DNA from: an uncultured Steroidobacteraceae bacterium
GTDB taxonomy: Bacteria; Pseudomonadota; Gammaproteobacteria; Steroidobacterales; Steroidobacteraceae
DNA length: 64,000 nt
NCBI GenBank assembly: GCA_964553405.1
Contig: CAZKLS010000002.1
Coordinates: 3,842-67,841 of the forward strand
Reading direction: 5' to 3'
The notes under the pieces were generated by a model. That model worked only from the letters and a program-made list of their open reading frames with translations, searched no databases and was not told the origin of the DNA. The position numbers and the translations under genes were made by a program. Positions 26,300-36,532 of this stretch are shown here, piece after piece (position 1 is the first letter of the stretch; the number at the start of each line of letters is the position of its first letter).

Positions 26300-28777
26300 T
26301 CAGGCGATGTGACGCAGCGGCCGGGCGTCCTGCTCGGCCTGCACGCCGGCCATCAGTTCCTCGGTCGTGAAGTCGTCGACGTGCACGAGCTCCATGACCT
26401 TGCCATCGTAGTCGCGCAGCAGCGCGGCCTCATCGGCGCTCAGTATCCCGGCCGCGAGGCCCTGCTCGATCTGTCCCGGCAGATCGAGCGCGGTCACGCG
26501 ACCCGTCTTCACGCCGTCGACGCGCAGTCGCTTCTCGATCGGGGCGGCCCGGACGGAAAGCTCGAGCGCCTGCTGCAGCAGGCCGATCGGGTTGCCCGGC
26601 TCCACGGTCTTGTAGATGCCGTCGGCGAGCCGCTCGCGCGACTCCGAAGGCACCATCAGCTGCTCGACGATCTTCCGGCCGAGGCGGTCGCCGGGTGCGA
26701 AATACGTCCGGCCGCGCGGGAAGATCACTACGCGCATCAACGCAGCCAGCCAGCGGTTCGGGAAGTTGCGCAGGAAGCCGTGCAGCTGCTCCTGCGCGGT
26801 GTACAGCAGCGTGCGGCAGCTCCACTCGACCAGTGGCAGGTCCGCTTCCTGACGTCCCTGGTTCTCGTAGTGCTTCAGCACCATCGACGCCAGGTACAGC
26901 GACGACAGCACGTCGCCGAGCCTGGCGGAGAGATGCTCCTTCTGCTTCAGGTAGCCGCCGAGCGTCAGCATCGCGACGTCGGTCGCGAACGCGAAGCGCG
27001 CGCTGAAGCTGTTGATGTGCTGGTAGTAGCGGCGCGTCGCGGCCGAGTCCGGCGTGCTGCTGAACCGTGCCAGCGTGGCGCCGGTCACCAGCGAGCGCGC
27101 CGCGTTGGAGAGCGTATAGCCGACGTGCCCGAACAGCGCCTCGTCGAAGTCGCGCAGGCTCTTCGCCTTGTCCTTGTCGCGCGCCGCGTTCATTTCCTTC
27201 AACACGAAGGGATGGCAGCGGATCGCGCCCTGGCCGAGGATCATCAGGCTGCGCGTGAGGATGTTCGCCCCCTCCACCGTGATGGCGACCGGGACGACCT
27301 GATAGCCCCTTCCGAGGTAGTTCTTCGGGCCCAGGCAGATGCCCTTGCCGCCCTGCACGTCCATCGCGTCGTTGGCGACCTTGCGGCCGAGCTCGGTGCA
27401 GTGGTACTTGAGCATCGCGGCCGGGACCGCCGGCTTCTCGCCGGCGTCGATCGCGCCGCAGGTCACCGAGCGGGCGGCGTCCATGATGTAGGTGTAGCCG
27501 GCCATCCGCGCGATCGCGGCCTCGACGCCCTCGAACGTGCCCACGGGCTGGCTGAACTGCTTGCGGATGCGGGCGTACGCGGCGGTCGCGTACGTGCCGG
27601 CCTTCGAGCCGCCGGTCGAATTGGACGGCAACGAGATGCAGCGGCCGACCGAGAGCTGCTCGACCAGCATGCGCCAGCCCTGCCCGGCCATCTTCGGCCC
27701 GCCGATGATGAATTCCAGCGGCACGAATACGTCCTTGCCGGACAGCGGACCGTTCTGGAAGGCGATGTTGAGCGGGAAGTGTCGCCTGCCGATGCTGACG
27801 CCGGGCGTGTTGCGCGGAATCAGCGCGCAGGTGATGCCGTAGTCGGTCTTCTCTCCGCCCATCAGCCGGTCGGGATCGTACAGACGGAAGGCGAGGCCGA
27901 TCACGGTCGCGACCGGCGCGAGCGTGATGTAGCGCTTCGAGAAATTGAGCCTGAGGCCGATGACTTCCCGGCCTTCGTAGACGCCCTTGCAGACCACGCC
28001 GGTGTCCGGGATCGACGCCGCGTCCGACCCGGCGCGCGGACCGGTCAGCGCGAAACAGGGCACTTCGTCGCCACGGGCGAGCCGGGGCAGGTAGTAGTCC
28101 TTCTGCTCCTCGGTGCCGTAGTGCAGCAGCAGCTCCGCGGGTCCGAGCGAGTTCGGCACCGCGACGGTCGAGGAGGCCGTGGCACTGCGGCTCGCGAGCT
28201 TCACCAGCACGCACGAATGCGCATAGGCGGAAAACCCGAGCCCGCCGTACTTCTTCGGGATGATCATCGCGAAGAAGCCCTTCTGCTTCAGGAAGTCCCA
28301 GACCTGCGGCGGCAGGTCCGCGCGGCGGTGGGTGATGTCCCACTCGTCGAGCATCCGGCACAGATCCTCGCAGGGCCCGTCGAGAAACGCCTGCTCCTCG
28401 GCCGTCAGCGCCGGAGGCTGGGCCGACAGCAGCTTCGGCCAGTCCGGCTTGCCGGTGAACAGCTCCCCGTCCCACCACACCGTGCCCGCCTCGAGCGCCT
28501 CGCGCTCGGTACTCGACATCGACGGCAGCATGCGGCGGTAGACCATCAGGAACGGCTTAGTGACGAAGCGCGTTCGCAAAGCGTCGAGGTTCAGCAATGC
28601 GAGCAGGCCGAAGCCGATCCACAACGTGACCAGCCAGGGCAGGCCGGCGTTGCCGAAGTAGCTGTACGCCAGCAGCGCGAGGCCCGCGACGACGGTCGAG
28701 CGGGCCAGCGACACGCGCTGGTAGGTCAGGTAGAGCGCGCCGCCGAAAAACAGCAGCAACCAGAAGAGCGTCATCAC
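26300..28777 (-). CDS. fadE: Large membrane-associated acyl-CoA dehydrogenase (FadE type)
   Basis: 825 aa. Hydrophobic N-terminus MMTLFWLLLFFGGALYL, acyl-CoA dehydrogenase core, and a C-terminal extension as in E. coli FadE. Confidence 0.85.
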   Translation of the reverse strand: MMTLFWLLLFFGGALYLTYQRVSLARSTVVAGLALLAYSYFGNAGLPWLVTLWIGFGLLALLNLDALRTRFVTKPFLMVYRRMLPSMSSTEREALEAGTVWWDGELFTGKPDWPKLLSAQPPALTAEEQAFLDGPCEDLCRMLDEWDITHRRADLPPQVWDFLKQKGFFAMIIPKKYGGLGFSAYAHSCVLVKLASRSATASSTVAVPNSLGPAELLLHYGTEEQKDYYLPRLARGDEVPCFALTGPRAGSDAASIPDTGVVCKGVYEGREVIGLRLNFSKRYITLAPVATVIGLAFRLYDPDRLMGGEKTDYGITCALIPRNTPGVSIGRRHFPLNIAFQNGPLSGKDVFVPLEFIIGGPKMAGQGWRMLVEQLSVGRCISLPSNSTGGSKAGTYATAAYARIRKQFSQPVGTFEGVEAAIARMAGYTYIMDAARSVTCGAIDAGEKPAVPAAMLKYHCTELGRKVANDAMDVQGGKGICLGPKNYLGRGYQVVPVAITVEGANILTRSLMILGQGAIRCHPFVLKEMNAARDKDKAKSLRDFDEALFGHVGYTLSNAARSLVTGATLARFSSTPDSAATRRYYQHINSFSARFAFATDVAMLTLGGYLKQKEHLSARLGDVLSSLYLASMVLKHYENQGRQEADLPLVEWSCRTLLYTAQEQLHGFLRNFPNRWLAALMRVVIFPRGRTYFAPGDRLGRKIVEQLMVPSESRERLADGIYKTVEPGNPIGLLQQALELSVRAAPIEKRLRVDGVKTGRVTALDLPGQIEQGLAAGILSADEAALLRDYDGKVMELVHVDDFTTEELMAGVQAEQDARPLRHIA

Positions 28778-28986
28778 GACCAGCAGTCCTCGAGGCGGGC
28801 CGGGCCCGGTGTTACGCCCGACTATGCCGAAGATTGCTGCAGTGCCGCAAGTTCCAATACTTCAGGCCGGGCACCAGAACCTTTCGCAGTGGCCCCCGGA
28901 TCTGGATGAGCGCTGCGGCGCGCGATGTCTTTTTGCGCCGCAGTAAACGTGTTCAATCAGTTACATAAGAGGACTGCGCTGCCGAG

Positions 28987-29021
28987 GCGCCGCCGGGCGC
29001 AGCTGGGCCGCCCGGCGGCGC
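28987..29021 (-). terminator. Strong GC hairpin 35 nt downstream of the mdh stop (terminator-like, no canonical U-tract)
   Basis: Perfect 13-bp stem GCGCCGCCGGGCG (28987-28999) / CGCCCGGCGGCGC (29009-29021) with a 9-nt loop. A second 9-bp hairpin lies at 28913-28943. Confidence 0.4.
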
Positions 29022-29055
29022 GATGCCTGTGCTGGCAGCAGCGCCAGACCCGATG

Positions 29056-30033
29056 TCAGAGCAGGTCCTTGACTCCGTCGCGCTCCTCGGTCAGCTCCTT
29101 GTGCGTCGCGTCCATCCGCGCGCGGCTGAAGGGGTTGATCTCGAGGCCCTGGACGATCTCGTAGGCACCGCCACTGCAGGTCACCGGGAAGCCGTAGATC
29201 ACGCCCTCCGGTACGCCGTAGCTGCCGTCGGAGGGAATGCCCATGCTGACCCAGTCGCCCTCGGGCGTGCCCTTGACCCAGTCGTGGATGTGGTCGATGG
29301 CCGCGGATGCGGCCGAAGCCGCCGAGGATGCGCCGCGCGCCTTGATGATCGCCGCGCCGCGCTGCTGCACGGTCGGGATGAACGTCTCGCTGTACCAGGC
29401 CTGGTCAACCAGCGACAGCGCGGGCTTGCCGTCGACGACGACGTGATGCAGGTCCGGGTACTGCGTCGAGGAGTGATTGCCCCAGATGATCATCTTGTGA
29501 ATCTGCGTGACGTGCTTGCCGGTCTTCTCCGCGAGCTGCGACAGCGCACGGTTGTGATCGAGGCGGACCATCGCCGTGAAGTTCTTCGGATCGAGACCCG
29601 GAGCATTTTTCATCGCGATCAGCGAGTTGGTATTCGCCGGATTGCCGACCACCAGCACGCGGACCTTGCGATCCGCGACGGCATCGAGCGCCTTGCCCTG
29701 CGCCGAAAAGATCTGTGCGTTGGCGAGCAGCAAGTCCTTGCGCTCCATGCCGGGGCCGCGGGGCCGCGCGCCCACCAGCAACGCGACGTTGCAGTCCTTG
29801 AACGCAACGTTCGCATCGTCGGTTGCGACGATCCTGTTCAACGTCGGGAACGCGCAATCGTTGAGTTCCATCACCACGCCCTGCAGTGCGGCGAGCGCCG
29901 GAGTGATCTCGAGCAGGTGCAGGTTCACGGGCTGGTCCGGGCCGAGCATCTGGCCGGAGGCGACCCGGAAGGCGAGTGCGTAGCCGATCTGGCCCGCCGC
30001 GCCCGTGATCGCGACGTTGACAGGAGTCTTCAT
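29056..30033 (-). CDS. mdh: Malate dehydrogenase (LDH-like group)
   Basis: [36 protein letters not shown]..., 325 aa. Confidence 0.9.
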   Translation of the reverse strand: MKTPVNVAITGAAGQIGYALAFRVASGQMLGPDQPVNLHLLEITPALAALQGVVMELNDCAFPTLNRIVATDDANVAFKDCNVALLVGARPRGPGMERKDLLLANAQIFSAQGKALDAVADRKVRVLVVGNPANTNSLIAMKNAPGLDPKNFTAMVRLDHNRALSQLAEKTGKHVTQIHKMIIWGNHSSTQYPDLHHVVVDGKPALSLVDQAWYSETFIPTVQQRGAAIIKARGASSAASAASAAIDHIHDWVKGTPEGDWVSMGIPSDGSYGVPEGVIYGFPVTCSGGAYEIVQGLEINPFSRARMDATHKELTEERDGVKDLL

Positions 30034-30172
30034 TAGGGCTCTCCACTGATTATTAGACGTGCCCGGATTCGGCCGGGCGGCCACCGGGGTGGGCATCTTA
30101 GCAGCGGGTGCCCCCCCGCCCGCGTCAGGGACTGCCCTGATTCCCGGCCAGGACACCGCTTGACATCCAGTC

Positions 30173-30196
30173 ACTGTTATAGTCCACTACAACAGT
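30173..30196 (+). promoter_or_regulatory. Extended -10 promoter (TGtTATAGT, 30175-30183) embedded in inverted repeat ACTGTT-N12-AACAGT; candidate operator/promoter for the downstream small ORF and GntR gene
   Basis: ACTGTT lies at 30173-30178 and AACAGT at 30191-30196. TG-n-TATAGT lies in between, and a TTGACA sits at 30160-30165 (spacing too short for a classical -35). Confidence 0.35.
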
Positions 30197-30233
30197 AAAC
30201 AGTCAGATCGAGCCAGATAGGGACGGGACAGCG

Positions 30234-30389
30234 ATGCGCAATGCAAGCCGTCTGGTGGCGACCGCCGTCGCCGCAGTCGTATGGATACTCGCAGGCCTTT
30301 CGGTCGCCTCGGGACCGCTGGCGACGTCCGCCAGCATCGCGGCGAAACTCGGCGCGACGACGTCCTGTTATCTGCCTCTCGGCCGCTGA
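30234..30389 (+). CDS. Candidate 51-aa small membrane/secreted peptide (below the ORF-track size cut-off)
   Basis: ATG 30234 to TGA 30387-30389 encodes MRNASRLVATAVAAVVWILAGLSVASGPLATSASIAAKLGATTSCYLPLGR. It has a positively charged N-terminus plus a hydrophobic helix and moderately GC-rich third positions. The RBS is weak. Confidence 0.25.
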   Translation: MRNASRLVATAVAAVVWILAGLSVASGPLATSASIAAKLGATTSCYLPLGR

Positions 30390-30453
30390 GCCGGCCGTCC
30401 GACAAGGGTGTTCTGCTACATTACAGCAGCACAGCACCTGGGCCCCGGACTGA

Positions 30454-30807
30454 ATGGATTCGCACTGGAACGACACTCAACCGATCTATCGCCAGCTCCG
30501 GGACAAGGTCGTCGAGATGATCCTCGAGGGTCGCCTGTCCGACGGCGATGCACTGCCATCGGTGCGCAGCGTAGCAGCGGAATTCACGCTGAATCCGCTC
30601 ACCGTGCTGAAGGGTTATCAGCAGCTGGTCGACGAAGGGCTGGTCCAGAAGCGGCGCGGGCGGGGCATGTTCGTCACCGAGGGTGCCCGCTCACAGCTGC
30701 TGCGCGGTGAAAGGCAACGCTTCCTGGAAACCGAGTGGCCGCGCGTGCGGGCGACCATCGAGCGGCTCGGGCTCGACCCCGAGGAACTGCTGCGGCAGGA
30801 AAAGTGA
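30454..30807 (+). CDS. GntR-family transcriptional regulator, short YtrA-like subfamily
   Basis: PIYRQLRDKVVEMILEGRLSDGDALPSVRSVAAEFTLNPLTVLKGYQQLVDEGLV. At 117 aa it has no large effector domain. Confidence 0.8.
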   Translation: MDSHWNDTQPIYRQLRDKVVEMILEGRLSDGDALPSVRSVAAEFTLNPLTVLKGYQQLVDEGLVQKRRGRGMFVTEGARSQLLRGERQRFLETEWPRVRATIERLGLDPEELLRQEK

Positions 30808-30882
30808 CTCGCAACTAGTCACTGGCGGATAGAACGATCCTGAGGGCGCAACGCTGCCCGATCACCAACCATCCGCTACCCG

Positions 30883-33800
30883 CTATTCACTATTCACTTC
30901 CACCTCCACCCCGGGCGGCAGCAGCTTGTACATCACCGGCGTCACGAGCGGGCCGAGCAGCGTCGAGGAAATGAGCCCGCCGATGATCACGATCGCGAGC
31001 GGCGAATAGAGCCCCGACCCCTGGATCGCCAGCGGGATGAGTCCGCCGATCGCCGTGGCCGAGGTGAGCAGGATCGGCAGCACGCGGATTTCCGCGGCGC
31101 GGGTCACGGCCTCTTCGAGCGGCACCGACTGCTCGCGCAGCTGGTTCGTGAAGTCCACCAGCAGTATCGAGTTCTTGATCTGGATGCCGATCAGCGCAAC
31201 GAGGCCGATCGTCGCGGTGAACGAAAGCGTGTACCCGGTTGCGAGCAGCGCGAGCAGTCCGCCAGCGACGCCGAGCGGGATCACGCCGGCGACGATCAGC
31301 ATCGAGCGGAAGCTGCCGAACTCCAGCACCAGCACCGCGAGGATGCCGAACACCGCGACCAGCACCGCGGTCCCGATCCCGCCGAAGCTCTCCTGGCGCG
31401 CCTCCAGCTCGCCGCCGGCCCGCAGCGTGTATCCGGGGGGCAGCTCCAGCGCGTCGAGCCGCTCGAGCACGGCCTGCGTGAGCTTGCCGGTGTTGTAGCC
31501 GGTCACGGGATGCGCCGTGACGATGACCTCCCGCTCGCGTTCGTGACGGCGGATCAGGCTCGGCGCCGAGGAGAATTCCGGATTCGCGATCTGCCGCAGC
31601 GGCACTGTCTGGCCGCTGGCCGAGGCGACCTCGATCAGGTCGATCATCTCCAGGGTCGGGCGACCCTGCATCGGCAGCCGCAGCGTGATCGGGTACTCGT
31701 CCCCGTCCGCCTCGCGGAACATGCCGGCATTGAGGCCCGCCACCGCCGCGCGCACGGTGCGATCGGCCTCCACCGGCGCGACACCGAGCAGCGCCGCTTT
31801 CTGTGAGTCGATGCCGAGCTCGAGGTCCGTCCGCTGCCGCCGCACGGCGTTCTCGATGTCCCGAGTGCCCGGCGTCCGGGCGATGACGTCCTCCGCCTGA
31901 TTGGCCAGCTCGCGCAGCGTCGCGAGATCCGGGCCCTTGATGCCGATCTCGATCGGGGCGTTGATCGGCGGCCCGTTCTGGTAGGACTCGACGATGATGC
32001 GCGCCCCCGGGTAGCCGGCGAATACCTCGCGCAGGTCGTCGTAGAGCAGCGGACTCTCCCGGGGGTCGAACCGCTCGAGCTCGACGAAGACCTCTGCGAC
32101 GTTTGCGTTGGTCTCCTCCTGGAAGATGTTGTAGTAGACGCGCGGATTGCCCCTGCCGAGGTTCGCGAACCAGTGCTTGACCTCGGGACGACGGGCCAGC
32201 TCCTGCTCGACGTAGACGAGCGCCCGATCGGTGTCGGCGAGGCTGGCGCCGTCCGGGGTCTCGATCGTGATCCTGAACTGCGGGATGTCGGCGGGCGGGA
32301 ACACGCTGAAGCCGATCACCGGCACCAGCGCGATCGAGCCGGCGACGACGGCCAGCGCGAGCAGCAGCGTCTTGACCGGGTGCGCGATCGCCCGGCCGAG
32401 CGCCGGTGCGTAGTAGCGCTCGATGCCGCCCGTGAGGCCCCGCAGGAAGCGGTTGCCCTCGGCGTGCGCGCCGTCGGCCTTCAGCATCCGGCTCGCGAGG
32501 AACGGGATCACGGTCAGCGCGACGAACAGCGACGCGGCGACCGTGTACAGCACGGCCGCGGGCAGCGAACGGATGAACAGCCCGGCGCCCTCGGGCAGGA
32601 ACAGCAGCGGCAGGAACGCGAACAGCAGCGTGACCGTGCAGCCGAGCACGGCCTGCGCGATCTGGTCGGTCGCCAGGATCGCCGCGCGGAAGCGTGAATG
32701 CCCTTCGCGCAGGTGGCGCGCAATGTTCTCCACCACGACGATCGAGTCGTCGACCAGCAGGCCCAGCGACAGCACGAAGCCGGCGATCGACAGCTGGTTC
32801 AGCGAGAAGCCGGTGAAATAGAGCGCAGACAGGCCGATGGCCAGCGACAGCGGGATCGAGATCATCACGACGACCGCCGCCCGCAGGCCGAGCGGCAGCA
32901 GCGTCAGCAGCACCAGCGCGATCGCGATCGCGAAATCGATCCCGAGGCGATTCAGCCGGTGACGGACGTTCTGCGACTGATCGAATCCGCGCTCGAGCGT
33001 CACGCCGGACGGCAGCTGCTGCTCGAAGGCGTCGAGCGTCGCGTAGATGCCGTTGCGGACCGCGAAGACGTTGACGCGGTCCTTGGCGCTCGCGGTCACG
33101 AATACGGCGCGACGGCCCTTGAAGCGCCCCGTGTAGCGTTCCTCCGCCGTGTCCCATGAAACGGCCGCGATGTCGCGCAGCTTGACGATGCGGCCCTCGC
33201 GGCTCGCGACGACGGTCTCGGAGATCTCCTCCAGCGTGTCGTAGCTGCCCGAGGTCTTCAGGTTGAACTTGCGCAGTCCGACGTCCACCGCGCCGCCGGG
33301 GATCGTCGCGTTCTCGCCGCGCACCGCCGCCTCGACCTGCCCGAGCGTCACGCGCGCGCGGCCCATGCGCTCGAGATCGACGGCCACGCGGACTTCGGGC
33401 TCGGGGAAGGCCCAGACCTCGCTCCGCCGGACTCCCGGCACGGTCTCGATCGAATCGCTGAGGTCCTCCGCGAGTTCCTTGAGCTGCCGGTAGTCCGCGT
33501 CCTCGCTGACGAGCGCGAGCTGCACGATGTTGACGAGTCCGGAGCCGGCCTTGCGCACCTCGAGCGCGGCGAGGTCGGCGGGCAGTTCGGGTCGGATCCG
33601 GTTCACTTCGCGGACGACCTCGTCGTACTTCTCGTCGGCGTCCTGGTCCCAGTGGAACTCGATCTGCAGCACGCCGACGCCGTCCATCGAGCGGCTGTCC
33701 ATGCGCTTGATCTCGTCGAGCTCGTTGATCGCGTCCTCGAGGGGGTCGATGACCAGGCGCTCGATGTCCGCCGGGTCCGCGCCCGGGTAGACGGCGACGA

Positions 33801-33939
33801 CGGTCGGAACCGGTGCGTGGAACTCCGGATCCTCGGAGCGCGGGATGTTCAGGTACGCGTTCAGGCCCATCGCGATCAGCAGCCCGAACAGCACCAGCGT
33901 GAACTGCCAGCGCCGAACGCTGAATTCCCAGATCTTCAC
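30883..33939 (-). CDS. RND efflux transporter permease (AcrB/HAE1-like)
   Basis: 1018 aa, MKIWEFSVRRWQFTLVLFGLL..., 12-TM RND architecture. Confidence 0.9.
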   Translation of the reverse strand: MKIWEFSVRRWQFTLVLFGLLIAMGLNAYLNIPRSEDPEFHAPVPTVVAVYPGADPADIERLVIDPLEDAINELDEIKRMDSRSMDGVGVLQIEFHWDQDADEKYDEVVREVNRIRPELPADLAALEVRKAGSGLVNIVQLALVSEDADYRQLKELAEDLSDSIETVPGVRRSEVWAFPEPEVRVAVDLERMGRARVTLGQVEAAVRGENATIPGGAVDVGLRKFNLKTSGSYDTLEEISETVVASREGRIVKLRDIAAVSWDTAEERYTGRFKGRRAVFVTASAKDRVNVFAVRNGIYATLDAFEQQLPSGVTLERGFDQSQNVRHRLNRLGIDFAIAIALVLLTLLPLGLRAAVVVMISIPLSLAIGLSALYFTGFSLNQLSIAGFVLSLGLLVDDSIVVVENIARHLREGHSRFRAAILATDQIAQAVLGCTVTLLFAFLPLLFLPEGAGLFIRSLPAAVLYTVAASLFVALTVIPFLASRMLKADGAHAEGNRFLRGLTGGIERYYAPALGRAIAHPVKTLLLALAVVAGSIALVPVIGFSVFPPADIPQFRITIETPDGASLADTDRALVYVEQELARRPEVKHWFANLGRGNPRVYYNIFQEETNANVAEVFVELERFDPRESPLLYDDLREVFAGYPGARIIVESYQNGPPINAPIEIGIKGPDLATLRELANQAEDVIARTPGTRDIENAVRRQRTDLELGIDSQKAALLGVAPVEADRTVRAAVAGLNAGMFREADGDEYPITLRLPMQGRPTLEMIDLIEVASASGQTVPLRQIANPEFSSAPSLIRRHEREREVIVTAHPVTGYNTGKLTQAVLERLDALELPPGYTLRAGGELEARQESFGGIGTAVLVAVFGILAVLVLEFGSFRSMLIVAGVIPLGVAGGLLALLATGYTLSFTATIGLVALIGIQIKNSILLVDFTNQLREQSVPLEEAVTRAAEIRVLPILLTSATAIGGLIPLAIQGSGLYSPLAIVIIGGLISSTLLGPLVTPVMYKLLPPGVEVEVNSE

Positions 33940-33949
33940 GCGGACGGCC

Positions 33950-35011
33950 TCAGCCGCGGTCGCCGACGACGCTGACCGCGCGGCCGTCGGTGAGCCAGGC
34001 CGCGCCGTCGGTGATCACCTGCTCGCCCGGCACCAGGCCGGCGTGCACGATCACCCGCTCCCCGACGATCGAGCCCACGTTCACGCTCTTGCTGCGCGCG
34101 ACGCCCTGCTCGGGATCGAGGACGAATATGCGGGCGACGGATCCGTCGGCCTCGACCAGCGCCGTGACCGGTACCGCGATGACAGCTTCGTCGCCGTCGC
34201 GGCCGGCGAGTGACAGCTCCACCTTCGCGACCAGCCCGCGCACGAAGCGCGCGCGCCCCTGGTCCACGTCGATCTCGACCTCGAACGTGCCGGTCTGCGG
34301 ATCCGCGCTCGAGGCGATGCGTGACACCCGGCCGGCGAACCTGCGCCCCGGGAACGCGTCGAAGCTGACCTCCGCTGTATCGCCGACCACGACACGGACC
34401 GCGTCGCGGTCCGCCAGCGAGGCGCGCACCACCCAGCCCTGCTCGGTCGCGCCGAGCACCAGCACGGGCTGGCCGCCCTGGACCAGCTCGCTTTCCTCGG
34501 CCAGGCGCTGCAGCACGACGCCGTCGGCCGGGGCCTCGATGCGGGCGAAGCGCGCGTTGAACTGCGCGGCGCGCAGGTTGGCGCTCGCGACCTTGTAGGC
34601 CGTCGTGAGGTCCTCGACCTGTTCCTCGGTCGCCACTTCGTCGGCGCGCAGTTTCTGCGCGCGTTCGAGGTCCCGCCGCGCCTTGTCCACCGCCTCGGTG
34701 GCCTGGGCGACGGCCGCGTCGACCTCGGCGCGCTTGATCACCGCGAGCAGGTCGCCGGCCTCGACCCGGTCTCCCGCCTCGACCAGGATGCGGTCGACGA
34801 CGCCGCCGAGCTTGAAGCTGAGCCGCACCTCGTCGCGAGGCGCCAGCACGCCGACGGCACGCACCTGGTTCCGCAGCGGAACCGGCCTGATTTCCTCGGC
34901 CCGAACCGGAGCGGGCGGCGCGACCGATTCGGCGCCGGGCGCCGAGGTGCGATCGCAGCCCACGAGCGCGAGGCCAATCAGCATCAATGGCGCGAGACGC
35001 GGGACGTTCAC
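33950..35011 (-). CDS. RND efflux periplasmic adaptor (MFP/HlyD family) lipoprotein
   Basis: LIGLALVGC lipobox and a coiled-coil hairpin plus beta-barrel pattern. It overlaps the upstream OMF stop by 4 nt. Confidence 0.85.
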   Translation of the reverse strand: MNVPRLAPLMLIGLALVGCDRTSAPGAESVAPPAPVRAEEIRPVPLRNQVRAVGVLAPRDEVRLSFKLGGVVDRILVEAGDRVEAGDLLAVIKRAEVDAAVAQATEAVDKARRDLERAQKLRADEVATEEQVEDLTTAYKVASANLRAAQFNARFARIEAPADGVVLQRLAEESELVQGGQPVLVLGATEQGWVVRASLADRDAVRVVVGDTAEVSFDAFPGRRFAGRVSRIASSADPQTGTFEVEIDVDQGRARFVRGLVAKVELSLAGRDGDEAVIAVPVTALVEADGSVARIFVLDPEQGVARSKSVNVGSIVGERVIVHAGLVPGEQVITDGAAWLTDGRAVSVVGDRG

Positions 35012-36504
35012 TGCAGGAGCTCCTGTTCCGCGGCGCGCGTGCTGCCGACGGCGAATTCGAGTTCGGCGAGACGGGCCAGGAATTCGGCCCGCACCCGGGT
35101 CAGGTTGAGCTGCGCGTCGGTCAGCGCCCGGCGCGCGTCGATGAACTCCGCCTGGTTGATCTGCCCGAGGTCGCGCTTGCGGCTCGCGATCCGGAACGAG
35201 CCCTCGGCGGCCTCGCTGCGCTTGACGGCCGTGTCGAGCGACGCATCGGCGACCTGCAGGTTCTCGAGCGCCTGCTGCACTTCGAGCCTGACCTGCTGGG
35301 TCGCCAGCGCGCGCGTCGCGCGCAGCTCGTCGGTCAGCGCGCGCGCCTCGCGCAGCGCCGCGCGGTCCGCGCCGCCGCGGAACGTGTTCCAGCGCAGGAT
35401 CACGGCGGCGAGCACGTATCGCTCGTCTTCGCCGAAGCCGTAGTCGTCGCCCTGGATGCCCGCTTCGGCGCCCAGCGCGAACGTCGGCTTGAACGCCGCG
35501 CGCGCGAGATCCTGCTGCGCCTCGCCGGCGGCCACGGCGGCGTCGAGACCGTGCAGTTCCGCGCGACGCTGCGTGGCGAGGTCCTGCAGCAGCGCGAGGT
35601 CCAGCGGCCGGCCGGCCAGGCGCTCGATGAAGCGGTTGCGGAACCTGAGCACCGTCTGCTCGTCGATCGTCGCGTCGGGCAGCGCGTCCGCGAGCGGGCG
35701 ATTGCGCAGCAGGTTCACGTAGCTCTGTGCGACCCGGACGCCGCTTTGAGCGGCGATGCGCTGCTGCTCGATTTCCAGCAGGTCGGCCTCGGCGCGGAAG
35801 ACCAGGTCGCGGGTCACCTTGCCGTTGCGATACAGGCTCTCGTTCGACTGCAGGTTGGTCCGCGCGAGCTCGCTGGTCGCATCGAGCACGGCCACGGTCT
35901 GCTGTGCTGCGATCCAGCGATAGTAGGCCTGCTTCGTGTCCCGGGTGACGCGCGTACGCAGCGCGGCGAGGTCTGCCTCGACGCGCGCGAGCTGCTGGCG
36001 ATTCGTCTCGACCGCCGGGCCGATCCGCGGCGCATAGAGGGGTTGCTCCAGCACGAACTTGGTCTCCTGCTCCTCGGGGCGCAGGAACTCGAACCGCTGG
36101 TTCTGCACCCGCGGAAACTGCGGCGGCCGGCCGCTCTCGACCAGCAGCGTGTCCAGCGTCTCGTACACCGGGTTCAGCAGGTCACCGAGCGGCAGCTCGA
36201 TCGCGCGCCCGCCGTCCGCCACCGAGTAGCGCGCGACGAAGTCCAGCACCGGCAGGTAGCGCGCTCGGGCCTGGTCCAGCGCGGCCATGCGCTGCTGTAC
36301 CGTGGCGTCGCCTGCCTGCAGCTCGAGGTTCGCCGCGAGCGCCTCGTCGAGCACTTCCTGCAGCGCCTCCTCGATGCGGCCGGCGGGGCCGGCGGCCTCG
36401 GTCGGTCGGGACGCCTGCGCGAGCGCATGGTGCGGAAGAACGACCGCGGTCGCGACCAGGGCGATCACGGCGAAACGCAATGCCGTCGTTATCCGTGTCC
36501 GCAT
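35008..36504 (-). CDS. TolC-family outer-membrane efflux protein
   Basis: 498 aa with duplicated OEP repeats (LDLAQARARYLPVLDF..., LDAAVAAGEAQQDLARAAFKPTF...). Confidence 0.85.
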   Translation of the reverse strand: MRTRITTALRFAVIALVATAVVLPHHALAQASRPTEAAGPAGRIEEALQEVLDEALAANLELQAGDATVQQRMAALDQARARYLPVLDFVARYSVADGGRAIELPLGDLLNPVYETLDTLLVESGRPPQFPRVQNQRFEFLRPEEQETKFVLEQPLYAPRIGPAVETNRQQLARVEADLAALRTRVTRDTKQAYYRWIAAQQTVAVLDATSELARTNLQSNESLYRNGKVTRDLVFRAEADLLEIEQQRIAAQSGVRVAQSYVNLLRNRPLADALPDATIDEQTVLRFRNRFIERLAGRPLDLALLQDLATQRRAELHGLDAAVAAGEAQQDLARAAFKPTFALGAEAGIQGDDYGFGEDERYVLAAVILRWNTFRGGADRAALREARALTDELRATRALATQQVRLEVQQALENLQVADASLDTAVKRSEAAEGSFRIASRKRDLGQINQAEFIDARRALTDAQLNLTRVRAEFLARLAELEFAVGSTRAAEQELLQ

Positions 36505-36532
36505 CTGTTGCCTCGGATTGCAGCCGACCGGC

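Noticed and set aside
25646-28909. 1087-aa plus-strand ORF across the DUF3667 and fadE loci
   Set aside because: It is antisense to FadE, which has strong full-length similarity to known FadE proteins. The composition is typical of shadow frames (R/A/G/D/L runs).
30860-30905. Tandem heptamers (ccgcta ccgcta / ttcacta ttcactt) between the GntR and RND genes
   Set aside because: The TTCACT repeats are simply the last codons of the RND gene (…EVEVNSE-stop). The remainder is too short to call a repeat element.
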